Below, in pieces: positions 19,815 to 29,220 of a stretch of DNA of 64,000 bases (position 1 is its first letter; each line of letters begins with the position of its first letter). The position numbers and the translations under genes were made by a program. Under the pieces are notes generated by a model. It did not search any database. It saw nothing but the letters and a program-made list of their open reading frames with translations, and was not told where the DNA came from. The DNA comes from an uncultured Acidimicrobiia bacterium (lineage in GTDB: Bacteria; Actinomycetota; Acidimicrobiia; IMCC26256; PALSA-555). The stretch spans positions 130,625 to 194,624 of the forward strand of contig CAWELA010000003.1 in assembly GCA_963809885.1 (NCBI GenBank), given 5' to 3'.

Positions 19815-21038
19815 TCACGAGAGCGCTCCGACCAACATGTCCGCGAGCTCGTCGACCTGGCCGTCGGTGAGGATCAGCGGCGGGAGGAGCTGCATCACGG
19901 ACGTGTCGTTGTTGGCGAACACCGTGAACACGCCGTGGTCGATGCACGCCTTCGCGGCGAGGATCCCCGCGCCCTCGTCGGGCCACCGCAGGCCCATGAA
20001 CAACCCGCGACGGCGGATCTCGCACGGGAGGACGCCGAGCTCCTTCTCCAGGCGTAGTCCGACGTCCTCGACGCGCTCGAGGAAGCCGGGCGCCTCGACC
20101 TCATCGAGCACGGCGAGCGCGACGGCGCAGCCGAGGTCCGAACCGCCGTACGAGGAGACGTGGACGAAGGGCTCTTCGTCGTAGAACCGGTGGACCTCCG
20201 GCGTCATGAGCGTTGCCGCGATCGGGTACACACCGCCGCCGAGTCCCTTCCCGGTCACGACGACGTCGGGCTCGACGCCGTCGTGCTCGTAGCACCACAT
20301 GCGGCCGCTCCGTCCGAGCCCGGTCTGGATCTCGTCGAGCACCAACACGGCTCCCCGCGCCAGACAGAGCGCCTGGACGCCTGCGAGGTAGCCGTCGCTC
20401 GGGACGGCCATCCCGAGGGTGGCTGGTGCGGTCTCGAGGACCACCGCAGCGGTGTCGTCGCCGATCGCGGCGTCCATCGCCGCGAGGTCGTCGTGCGGCA
20501 CGTGCACGAATCCTGGCAGCGAGAGCCGGAACGGTTCGTGGTACCGCGCATCGGCCGCCATCGCGGCCAGCGCGGTGTGGCCGTGGTACGCGCCGTGGAC
20601 CGACACGATCCCGGTCCGGCCCGTCACCGCGTACGCGGTCTTGATCGCGACCTCGATCGCCTCGGACCCCGAGGGCGACAGCACGACGCCTGGACAGTGG
20701 TCGTCGGTGGTCGCGGACAGGCGCGCGCCGAGCCGCGCCTTCCATCCCGAGACGAGATGGTGGTTGCCGACGTCGATCTCGTCGGTCTCCAGGGCGCTGC
20801 GGAGCGCGGCCAGCACGGACGGGTTGCGGTGTCCCAGGTTGAACACGCCGCCGTTGCAGTGGCAGTTGAAGAAGCGCCGGTCGTCGAACGCGTCCCAGAA
20901 GAACGGGCCCTCGCGTCGTCCGAGCACGACGTCGAGCCCCAGCGCTTCGAACGCCTCGACCTTCCCGCGCGAGACGTGGTCCGCGAACGCCTGCATCGTC
21001 TCGGCTCGGGAGGCGAACGGTTGGGACGTCGTGTCCAT
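19815..21038 (-). CDS. class III (omega-type) PLP-dependent aminotransferase
   Basis: Intact 407-aa ORF with ...SPSGSEAIEVAIKTAYAVTGR...GAYHGHT...VLVLDEIQTGLGRSGRMW...DVVVTGKGLGGGVYPIAA (DEIQTG and TxGK Schiff-base lysine motifs). Confidence 0.85.
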   Translation of the reverse strand: MDTTSQPFASRAETMQAFADHVSRGKVEAFEALGLDVVLGRREGPFFWDAFDDRRFFNCHCNGGVFNLGHRNPSVLAALRSALETDEIDVGNHHLVSGWKARLGARLSATTDDHCPGVVLSPSGSEAIEVAIKTAYAVTGRTGIVSVHGAYHGHTALAAMAADARYHEPFRLSLPGFVHVPHDDLAAMDAAIGDDTAAVVLETAPATLGMAVPSDGYLAGVQALCLARGAVLVLDEIQTGLGRSGRMWCYEHDGVEPDVVVTGKGLGGGVYPIAATLMTPEVHRFYDEEPFVHVSSYGGSDLGCAVALAVLDEVEAPGFLERVEDVGLRLEKELGVLPCEIRRRGLFMGLRWPDEGAGILAAKACIDHGVFTVFANNDTSVMQLLPPLILTDGQVDELADMLVGALS

Positions 21039-21195
21039 CCGGCTCCTCCGGCTTCTCCGGGCACTCCCCAGGCTTCGGATCGAGCGTATCGGGAGGCGGA
21101 CTCGTCATCTCCCCGCCCTAACATTTCGCGACGACTGACGACGGGGGTGAACCGATGACGAGCACGACGCTCCGGATCTTCATGCGCGCTCCCCG

Positions 21196-22363
21196 ATGAC
21201 CGCACCCCTTCCGGTGCTGGCGTCGCGGCTCCAGGGGTTCGGGACGACGATCTTCGCCGAGATGTCGGCGCTCGCCGCGGCGACGGGCGCGATCAACCTC
21301 GGGCAGGGCTTTCCCGACACCGACGGTCCTGACGTCGTGCGCGACGCGGCGATCCGGGCCATCGAGACCGGTCAGAACCAATATCCGCCGGGCCTCGGCG
21401 TCCCCGAGCTGCGCAACGCGATCGCTGCCCACCAGTCCCGCTGGTACGGCCTCACGTACGACCCCGATCGCGAGGTGCTCGTCACGACCGGGGCCACGGA
21501 GGCCATCGCGGCGAGCCTCCTCGCGCTGTGCGAGCCCGGCGACGAGGTCATCACGTTCGAGCCGTACTACGACTCGTACGCGGCGTGCATCGCCATGGCG
21601 GGCGCTCGGCGCCGCGTCGTCACGTTGCGAACGCCGGACTACACGTTCGACTTCGACGAGCTCGCGCGGTCGTTCACGCCGAGGACCCGCCTGCTCCTCC
21701 TGAACTCACCGCACAACCCGACGGGCAAGGTCTTCTCGCGCGCCGAGCTCCTGCGCATCTCCGAGCTCTGCCTCGAACACGATGTCGTGGCGGTCACCGA
21801 TGAGGTCTACGAGCACCTCGTGTTCGACGGCCGGCACGAACCGCTGGCCACGTTCCCGGGCATGCGGGAGCGAACGGTCACCATCTCGTCGGGCGGCAAG
21901 ACGTTCTCGTTCACCGGCTGGAAGGTGGGCTGGGTGTGTGCGCCGCCGCCGCTCGTCGATGCGGTGCGCACTGTGAAGCAGTTCCTCACCTACGCGAGTG
22001 CGGCGCCCTTCCAGCAGGGGATCGCGGTGGGCCTCGCACTCGAGGACGGGTACTTCACCGAGCTGGCGACCGACCTCGCGCGCGAAGCGCGACCTCCTGG
22101 TCGCCGGGCTCCGCCGCGCCGGCTTCGACGTGTTCCGGCCGGCGGGAACCTACTTCGTCACCGCGGACATCCGGCCGCTCGGTGAGCTCGACGGCTTGGC
22201 GTTCTGTCGCAGCCTGCCGGAGCGTTGCGGTGTCGTGGCCGTCCCGAGCGTCGTGTTCTACGACGACGCCGCGGCCGGCGCACCGCTCGTCCGCTTCGCC
22301 TGCTGCAAGCGGCGCGACGTGCTCGAGGAGGCGGTCGGGCGGCTCGAGGGCCGGTTCGGGTGA
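21196..22363 (+). pseudogene. class I/II PLP aminotransferase (YbdL/glutamine-transaminase-K-like), one frame disruption
   Basis: ATG 21196: MTAPLPVLASRLQGFGTTIFAEMSALAAATGAINLGQGFPDTDGP...NQYPPGLGVPELRNAIA...LLNSPHNPTGKVFS...TISSGGKTFSFTGWKVGW...ELATDL. An extra nt lies near 22078. It continues RAKRDLLVAGLRRAGFDVFRPAGTYFVTADI...RFACCKRRDVLEEAVGRL (ORF 21998..22363). Confidence 0.8.
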
Positions 22364-22373
22364 GGAGGCCGCA

Positions 22374-23132
22374 GTGAGGGTTGCCGGCGTCCAGCACGAC
22401 ATCGTCTGGGAGGACCCGGCCGCGAACTTCGTCCGCCTCTCCGAGATGATCGGTACTGCGGCGGGCGCGGGCGCGGATCTCGTCGTGCTGACGGAGATGT
22501 TCTCGACCGGGTTCTCGATGGACGTGGACCGGGTCGCCGAGCCCGTCGACGGACCGAGCACCGGCTTCCTCGTCGAGCAGGCCGCGGCCCACCGCGTCTG
22601 GGTGTGCGGCTCGCTCCCCGAGCGCCCCGCGGGTCAGGCCCTGCCGTTCAACCGCCTCGTGCTCGCAGCGCCCGATGGCGCGGTGCACCGGTACGCCAAG
22701 ATCCACCCGTTCAGCTACGCACGGGAGCACGACCACTACGCGTCGGGGAGCGAGCACGTCACGGTCGACGTCGACGGCGTTCGCACGACGCTCTTCGTCT
22801 GCTACGACCTGCGCTTCGCCGACGAGTTCTGGTCGTGCGCGTCCGACACCGACTGCTACGTGGTGGTGGCGAACTGGCCCGCGTCGCGGCGTGAGCACTG
22901 GCGCACGCTGTTGCGGGCCCGCGCGATCGAGAACCAGGCGTACGTGGTCGGGGTGAACAGAGTCGGACGTGGTGGGAAGCTCGACTACGTCGGAGACAGC
23001 ATGATCGTCGACCCGCTCGGCGAGGTGCTCGCCGAGGCGACCGGGGACGAAGCGATCGTCATCGCCGAGGTGGACCCCGACGTCGTCGCGTCGGTGCGCG
23101 CCCGGTTCCCGTTCCTCGCGGATCGCCGCTGA
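22374..23132 (+). CDS. carbon-nitrogen hydrolase (nitrilase superfamily; omega-amidase/YafV-like)
   Basis: RBS GAGGAGG lies 5 nt before GTG 22374: VRVAGVQHDIVWEDPAANFVRL...DLVVLTEMFSTGF...RYAKIHPF...TTLFVCYDLRFADEF...AYVVGVNRVG (Glu-Lys-Cys triad context). The frame is intact to 23132. Confidence 0.8.
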   Translation: MRVAGVQHDIVWEDPAANFVRLSEMIGTAAGAGADLVVLTEMFSTGFSMDVDRVAEPVDGPSTGFLVEQAAAHRVWVCGSLPERPAGQALPFNRLVLAAPDGAVHRYAKIHPFSYAREHDHYASGSEHVTVDVDGVRTTLFVCYDLRFADEFWSCASDTDCYVVVANWPASRREHWRTLLRARAIENQAYVVGVNRVGRGGKLDYVGDSMIVDPLGEVLAEATGDEAIVIAEVDPDVVASVRARFPFLADRR

Positions 23133-23144
23133 CGGGCGACCGGT

Positions 23145-24050
23145 TCAGGTGTCCGGCGCGTCGTCGACCTTGGCGCGCATCTCGCCGCCGCCCAGCATGG
23201 CGAGCATCTCGGCGGCACCACCCCGGATCGGCTCGTAGTGGTCCCACCGCGGCGCAGGTCCGGTGGGTTCGTCGCCCAGGATCGTGACGCGGTGGATCAC
23301 CCGCTGGTCGTCGTAGTCGTTGACGGCGTGGTGCTGGGTGCAGCGGTTGTCCCAGATCCCGACGGTCCCCTCGCTCCACCGGTAGCGCACGGTGAACTGC
23401 GGCTGCTCGGAGAAGGTGTAGAGGTAGGCGAGCAGCGCGTCGCTCTCGCTCCGGCGCAGCTGCGGGATGTGCGAGGTGAACTGGCGGTTCACGAACAGTG
23501 AGCGCCGCCCGGTGTCGGGGTGCACGCGGACGACGGGATGCTCGGATGCCAGCTCCGGGTGGCCGAAGGGCCAACCGGTGTGGACCGCGCTCAGCCCCTC
23601 GAGCAGCTCGCGCATCGGCGCGGAGAGCATCTCGTACACGAGGTACTGGTTCGTGAACATGGTGTCACCACCGAACGGCGGGGTCTCGACCATCTTCAGC
23701 ACCGAGCACAACGGTGGGGTCGGGCTGAACGTGACGTCGGTGTGCCAGACGTCCGCCTTCGCCCCCTGGTCGCTGTCGAGCACGACGATCTCCGGGTGGT
23801 CGCCATCGATCTTCGGGATGAACGGGTGGATCTCCGGCTCCCCGAACCGCACCGCGAACGCACGGTGCTCGTCCGGGGACAGGTGCTGGTCGGGGAAGAA
23901 CAGCACGAGGTGCTCGAGCAGCGCCGCTCGCACTGCCGCGAAGGCGTCGTCGTCGAGCTGCGCAAGGTCGACCCCCCGCACATCGGCGCCGAGCGCGCCC
24001 GTGAGGCGCTCGACGCCGAGGGTTCCGGTCGATGAGGTCGTCGTGGTCAT
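23145..24050 (-). CDS. Fe(II)/2-oxoglutarate-dependent TauD/TfdA-family dioxygenase (taurine or alkyl-sulfate type)
   Basis: ATG 24050 forms an ATGA overlap with the tetR stop: MTTTTSSTGTLGVERLTGALGADVRGVDLAQLDD...AKADVWHTDVTFSPTPPLCSVLKMVETPPFGGDTMF...HPVVRVHPDTGRRSLFVN...VGIWDNRCTQHHAVNDY (HxD...H facial triad context). Intact. Confidence 0.8.
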   Translation of the reverse strand: MTTTTSSTGTLGVERLTGALGADVRGVDLAQLDDDAFAAVRAALLEHLVLFFPDQHLSPDEHRAFAVRFGEPEIHPFIPKIDGDHPEIVVLDSDQGAKADVWHTDVTFSPTPPLCSVLKMVETPPFGGDTMFTNQYLVYEMLSAPMRELLEGLSAVHTGWPFGHPELASEHPVVRVHPDTGRRSLFVNRQFTSHIPQLRRSESDALLAYLYTFSEQPQFTVRYRWSEGTVGIWDNRCTQHHAVNDYDDQRVIHRVTILGDEPTGPAPRWDHYEPIRGGAAEMLAMLGGGEMRAKVDDAPDT

Positions 24051-24721
24051 CGCGTGCCTCCAATGGTGCCGGGACTGACCGGCGCGTCGAGCGAACCGGT
24101 GATGTGGTCGATGAGCGCGTCGACGACCCCGTCGAAGGAGATGTCGAGCGCGTGGTGCTGCCAGTGGCGGCTCGCGTGCTCGGGATCGGCGAGTGTCGTG
24201 AGCAGGGCAGTGCTCACGAGCCCGAGGCGGAACGACACGACGGGAGCGGGCACGTCGGGCAGCGCCCGCTCGAGCGCACGTTCGACGTGCGCGTACTGGG
24301 GTGCGAAGGCCTCTCCCATCCGGAGTCGCCACGCGTCACCGGCCGCGTCGAGCGCGGCGAGGAAGCGCACGTAGGTCCGACCGGGGCCCTCGGGGTCGGA
24401 CGCAAACTCGGCGATCGGCAGGACGAGGGCCGCGACCACGCTCCGGACACTCGGGCGGTGCTCGTGGGCCAGGTCGTCGAGCAGCCGGATGCGGCGCTCC
24501 GTCAGCTCGCCCATACGCCGGGTGAGCACGGCGTCGACGAGCGCTTCCTTGGACCCGAAGTGGTAGTGGACTGCGGCGACGTTCGCGCCGGCGGCCGTGT
24601 TCACTGCGCGCACCGAGACCCCGTCCACCCCGCGAGCCGCGATGAGCCCCTCGGCGGCCTCGAGCAGCCGGACCGCAGTGGCGTTGGCGGGGTGCGGGGC
24701 GGTGCGCTCGACCACGGACAT
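24047..24721 (-). CDS. TetR/AcrR family transcriptional regulator
   Basis: Intact 224-aa ORF with an N-terminal HTH: AVRLLEAAEGLIAARGVDGVSVRAVNTAAGANVAAVHYHFGSKEALVDAV. Confidence 0.9.
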   Translation of the reverse strand: MSVVERTAPHPANATAVRLLEAAEGLIAARGVDGVSVRAVNTAAGANVAAVHYHFGSKEALVDAVLTRRMGELTERRIRLLDDLAHEHRPSVRSVVAALVLPIAEFASDPEGPGRTYVRFLAALDAAGDAWRLRMGEAFAPQYAHVERALERALPDVPAPVVSFRLGLVSTALLTTLADPEHASRHWQHHALDISFDGVVDALIDHITGSLDAPVSPGTIGGTR

Positions 24722-24727
24722 GCAGGC

Positions 24728-24805
24728 ACCCTACGAGGATCGACCGATTGAATCAACTGATTGACAGGGGCGTCCGACGTGGGTCGGCCGTGCTCCCGCT
24801 AGGGT
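24728..24805. promoter_or_regulatory. divergent promoter/operator region between tetR-tauD and the sulfatase gene
   Basis: This is the only AT-rich patch in the neighbourhood. ATTGAATCAACTGATTGACA (24747-24766) contains TTGA-A-TCAA and TCAA-CTGA-TTGA inverted half-sites. On the minus strand, TTGATT (24756-24751), a 17-nt spacer and TAGGGT (24733-24728) end 6 nt before the tetR ATG. On the plus strand, TAGGGT (24800-24805) ends 8 nt before GTG 24814. Confidence 0.5.
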
Positions 24806-24813
24806 CGCCGCCC

Positions 24814-27124
24814 GTGGCTGCAGGCGCATACGAGGGGTTCGGCGGTCGGATCGGTCGCACCTTCGCCGGCTCGGAGCCGTGGTGGCCCGAGCGGACCACG
24901 CCGCCTGACGGCGCGCCGAACGTCATCGTGATCCTGGCCGACGACCTCGGCTACTCGGACCTCGGGTGCTTCGGCTCGGAGATCGAGACGCCGAACCTCG
25001 ACGCCCTCGCGGCGCGTGGTCTGCGGTACACCAACTTCCACGTCACGCCGATGTGCTCGCCGACACGAGCGGCGCTGCTCACCGGGGTGAACCCGCACCG
25101 CGCCGGGGTGGGTACCGTCGCCCACTCCGATGCGGGCTTCCCCGGCTACGCGATGGAGCTGGCCGAGGACGTCGTGACCGCGGCCGAGGTCTTCCGCGAC
25201 CAGGGCTACGCGACCTTGATGGTGGGCAAGTGGCACCTCGCCAAGGACTCCGACTGCTCGGCCGCAGGTCCGAAGCACTCTTGGCCGTGCCAGCGCGGCT
25301 TCGAGCGCTTCTACGGGATCCTCGACGCGTTCACGAACCAGCACCATCCGCACCGCCTCGTGGAGGACAACCACCTCGTCGAGGTCGACCGGTACCCGGA
25401 CGGCTACTACTTCACCGACGATCTCACCGAGCGGGCGATCTCGATGCTGCGGGAGCGCAAGGCGTCAGCGCCGCACCAGCCCTTCTTCCTCTACTTCGCG
25501 CACGGTTCGGTGCACGCACCGATCCAGGCGAAGGACGTCGACATCGCGAAGTACCGCGATCGGTACGGCGAAGGGTGGGATCGCATTCGCGAGGCGCGCT
25601 GGCGTCGCCAGCAGGAGCTCGGGGTCATCCCCGAGGGCTTGCCGCTCCCGCCGCGCAACGCCGAACCGGGGAACGAGGTCGCGGCGTGGGACGAACTGCC
25701 CGAGCAGGAGCAACGGCTGTTCGCACGTCACATGGAGGTGTACGCGGCGATGGTCGACAACCTCGACCAGAGCGTGGGGCGCCTGCTCGCCGCGGTCGAG
25801 GAGCTCGGTGAGCTCGACAACACGATCGTGCTGTTCATGTCGGACAACGGCGCGTCCCGTGAAGGCGAGGCCGTGGGCACGTCGGCGTACTACGTGCATC
25901 TCTTGCAGGGCGACGACGTCGAAGGGGATCTGGCGCGGATCGACGAGCTCGGGGGTCCGACGACGACGCCGCACTACCCGCGCGGTTGGGCCATGGCCTG
26001 CAACTCCCCGTTCCGCCTCTACAAGATCAACACCCACGCGGGTGGACACTCGGTGCCGTGCATCATGTCGTGGCCGAACGGCGACGTCGGCGACGCGTCC
26101 TACCGCCGCCAGTACCAACACGTGACCGACGTCCTCCCGACGCTCGCCGAGCTCTGCGGGCTGACGGTGCCGAGCGCCAGGGCGGGCGCACCCCTCGCCG
26201 CGCCGGCCGGCGCGAGCTTCGTGCCGACGCTCGCCGATCCCGATGCCCCCAGCACCCACCGCGAGCAGGTCTACGAGCAGATCGGGCACCGGGGCTTCTA
26301 CCGCGACGGGTGGGAGGTGGTCACGCTGCACCGCCCGCTCACACCGTTCTCCGATGACGAGTGGGAGCTGTACCACCTCGCGGACGACCCGAACGAGCTC
26401 CACGACCTGTCCGCCGCGGAGCCCGAGCGGCGGGCCGAGCTGGCCGCAGCGTGGGAAGCCGCGGCCTGGGCGAACCAGGTCTACCCGCTCGACGAGGGTG
26501 CGGGGCTCAAGTACCTGCAGCGACCCGAGCGGTCGCGCGTGTTCGCCGAGCCCGTGACGATCGTCGCCGGGACCCCCACCCTCGAACGCTGGCGGTCCCT
26601 GCAGCTCCTGTGGTTCCGCGCGTGCACGATCCGGGTCGCCCTCGACTTCCGGGCCGGCGACGAGGGCTATCTCGTCGCGCACGGCGACCAGGGCTCCGGC
26701 TACGGGCTCTACGTCCTCGACGACGAGCGTGGTCTTCGTGCACAACGACGGGCGGGGCCACCTCCGGAAGCTCTCCGGTGGCCCGATGCCCGCCGGTGCG
26801 CGCGAGGTCGTCGCCGAGCTCGCGGCGCCGGGGCAGCGAGCGTGGTCGGTCGTGCTCCGTGTGGACGGCGAGGAGCGGGGCCGGCTCGACGGCGTGCCGA
26901 TGCTCTTCGGCATGGCGCCGTTCGAGGGGATCGACGTGGGGATGGACCGGCGGTCGCCGGTGTCCTGGGAGATCTACGAGCGGTTCGGAACGTTCGCGTA
27001 CACCGGTGCGCTCGCGTCGGTCCGCTACGAGCCCGGCGACCCGGCACCGGACGCGCCCGAGAAGATGCTCGACATGCTCCGCGAGATGGGCGCGCGGTTC
27101 GAGTACGGACCGAGCTCTTGGTGA
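24814..27124 (+). pseudogene. Cys-type arylsulfatase, one frame disruption
   Basis: ORF 24748..27150 reads ...GGRIGRTFAGSEPWWPERTTPPDGAPNVIVILADDLGYSDLGCFGSEIETPNLDALAARGLRYTNFHVTPMCSPTRAALLTGVNPH...ELGELDNTIVLFMSDNGASREGE...YGLYVLDDE. An extra G lies near 26727. It continues LVFVHNDGRGHLRKLSGGP...MAPFEGIDVGMDRRSPVSWEIY (ORF 26729..27124). Start GTG 24814 is preferred from the upstream -10 element and by analogy with the 1..2006 sulfatase; TTG 24748 is possible. Confidence 0.85.
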
Positions 27125-27136
27125 ACGAGGCGCCGA

Positions 27137-28352
27137 TCAGCGGGCGGTGAACCGCACGGGGAACTCGGTGATCCCTCGAACGAAGGAGTTCGGGAGCCTG
27201 CGGGGGCCGATGTCGTCCGCCCAGGCCCAGTCGTCGAGCCGGGCGACGAGCTCCTCGAACATGATGCGGAGCTCGAGCCGAGCGAGCGCGGCACCGAGGC
27301 AGAAGTGCGTGCCGAAGCCGAACGCGATGTGTGGGTTCGGGTCCCGGGTGACGTCGAACCGCTGCGGGTCGTCGAACACCGACTCGTCACGGTTCGCCGA
27401 GCTGTACATGAGGACGACCTGCTGCTCGGCTTTGATCTCGACGCCGTTGAGCTCGGTGTCGTGGTTCGCGACGCGGCACATGTTGAGGATCGGGGTCGTC
27501 CACCGGATGAGCTCTTCCACCGCGGTCGGCATTCGCTCTGGCTCTCTCCGCAGCAGGTCGCGCTGCTCGGGGTGCGCGATGAACGTGTCGATGCCGTTGG
27601 CGATCACGGTGCGCGTGGTCTCCGCACCTCCGTCGAGCAGCAGCAGCGCATCGGACGCGAGGTTGTCGTCGGACAACGCACAGCCGCCGACCTCGGCTGT
27701 GCTCCATACGGACATGAGGTCGTCGACCGGGCACCCACGCCGCTCGTTCGCGAGCTCGATCGCGGCTTGGCCGTACTCGGCCGCGGCGATGATGCCGTCG
27801 TCCGTCGCGTAGCGCGGACCTCCGCCGAGCGCGATCGTGGTCTCGGACCAGTGCACGAGGTCGGGCCAACGCTCCTCGGGGAACCCGAGGAGGTGCCCGA
27901 TCATGCGCGCCGGGAGCGGTGCCGCCAGCTCGGAGATGACCTCGGCGCGGCCCTGCTGCGCGACCGCGTCGACGAGGCCGACGCGCGACCTCGCGCACGA
28001 GCTCGGCGTGGTGGGTGACCGACCTCGGGGTGAAGCGCCGCGCGACCAGCCGACGACGCTCCGTGTGCTCGGGATCGTCGAGGCCGATGATCGACGGGTC
28101 GGCCGGGATGTTCGGCCGGTAGCCGCCGGCGTTGCGCCACGTGGCCGGGTCCTTCTCGATCGCGACGATGTCCTGGTAGCGGCTGATCCCCCAGAGCTCG
28201 TTGGTCGCGTCCCAGTACACCGGCCGCTCGGCCCGGAGGTGGGCGTACACCGGCTCCGGGTCGCCCGCGTAGAGGTCGCCGTCGAGCAGGTCGAGCCGGT
28301 GCTCGTCGACCAGGGTCGCGATGGTCTTGCGGTCGAGCTGCTCGATGGCCAC
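27137..28352 (-). pseudogene. cytochrome P450 monooxygenase, one frame disruption
   Basis: ATG 28352: MAIEQLDRKTIATLVDEHRLDLLDGDLYAGDPEPVYAHLRAERPVYWDATNELWGISRYQDIVAIEKDP...DDPEHTERRRLVARRFTPRSVTHHAELVREVA. A shift lies near 27985. It continues VGLVDAVAQQGRAEVISELAAPLPARMIGHLLG...LLLLDGGAETTRTVI...AVEELIRWTTP...FGFGTHFCLGAALARLE. Confidence 0.85.
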
Positions 28353-28408
28353 ACGGTCCTCCTCGTTCGTTCCAGACTGTCACGGTCGACGACCAGAGGG
28401 AGGGCGTC

Positions 28409-29220
28409 ATGGCGCAGGCGGAGCTCGGGTGCACCGGCGACGGGGGTCGTGGTCACCGGCGGGGCATCGGGGATCGGGCGGGCCTGCTGTCTCGCTCTCG
28501 CCTCGGTCGGACGGCCGGTGGCAGCGTGGGACCTCGATGCCGAGGGTGCGGCCGAGACGGCTCGGGCCTGTGCCGGCCTGGGTGTCCGCGACGCTGGGTG
28601 CGAGCGTCGACGTCACCGATGCGGCTGCGATCGATGCCGCAGTTGCGGTCGACCGTCGAAGCGCTGGGCTCGATCGGCGGACTCGTGCACGCGGCGGGGA
28701 CCGTGCAGCCGGCGCTCGAGGACGTCGTCGACCTCGACACCTGGGACTCTCGTGCTCGGGGTGAACCTGCGCGCCGAGGCGGCCCTGGTCGAGCGCGCTC
28801 CTCCCGTGCGATGCGTGCGGCGGGACCGGGCTCGGCGATCGTCGGGATCTCGTCGATCGAGGGGATGATCGGCCACGGCTTCATCCCGTCGTACGTCGCG
28901 TCGAAGCACGGACTGATCGGCCTGACGCGGTCGCTCGCCCACCGGCTCGGGCCGGACGGCATCCGGGCGAACGCCGTGTGCCCGGGCTACATCGACACGC
29001 CGATGCTCGCACCGACCATCGCGACCGCCCGAGGCCCGCGCTGTCGTTCGAGCGCAAGATCCCGACCGGGCGGCTCGGCGAGCCCGACGAGGTCGCGCGG
29101 GTGGTGCGCTTCCTGCTGTCCGAGGAAGCGGCGTACATGAACGGTTCGGTGGTCGTCGTCGACGGCGGCGTCACTGCAGTCGGCGGTCAGGAGCCCTCGG
29201 TGGCTGACGTCCCGTCGTGA
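28409..29220 (+). pseudogene. short-chain dehydrogenase/reductase (SDR), about six frame disruptions
   Basis: RBS GGGAGGG precedes ATG 28409: MAQAELGCTGDG | VVVTGGASGIGRACCLALASVGRPVAAWDLDAEGAAETARACAGLGV | ATLGASVDVTDAAAIDAAVAV | VEALGSIGGLVHAAGTVQPALEDVVDLDTWDS | [13 protein letters not shown] | [66 protein letters not shown] | ...[37 protein letters not shown]. It carries the TGxxxGIG and YxxxK motifs. Shifts lie near 28443 (a G5 run), 28580, 28650, 28750, 28795 and 29030. Confidence 0.8.

Noticed and set aside
24761-24766. Perfect TTGACA -35 hexamer on the plus strand upstream of the sulfatase
   Set aside because: No TAnnnT -10 element lies 16-18 nt downstream (TCGGCC or CGGCCG instead). 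The hexamer is better explained as part of the operator palindrome. The likelier sulfatase -10 is TAGGGT at 24800-24805.
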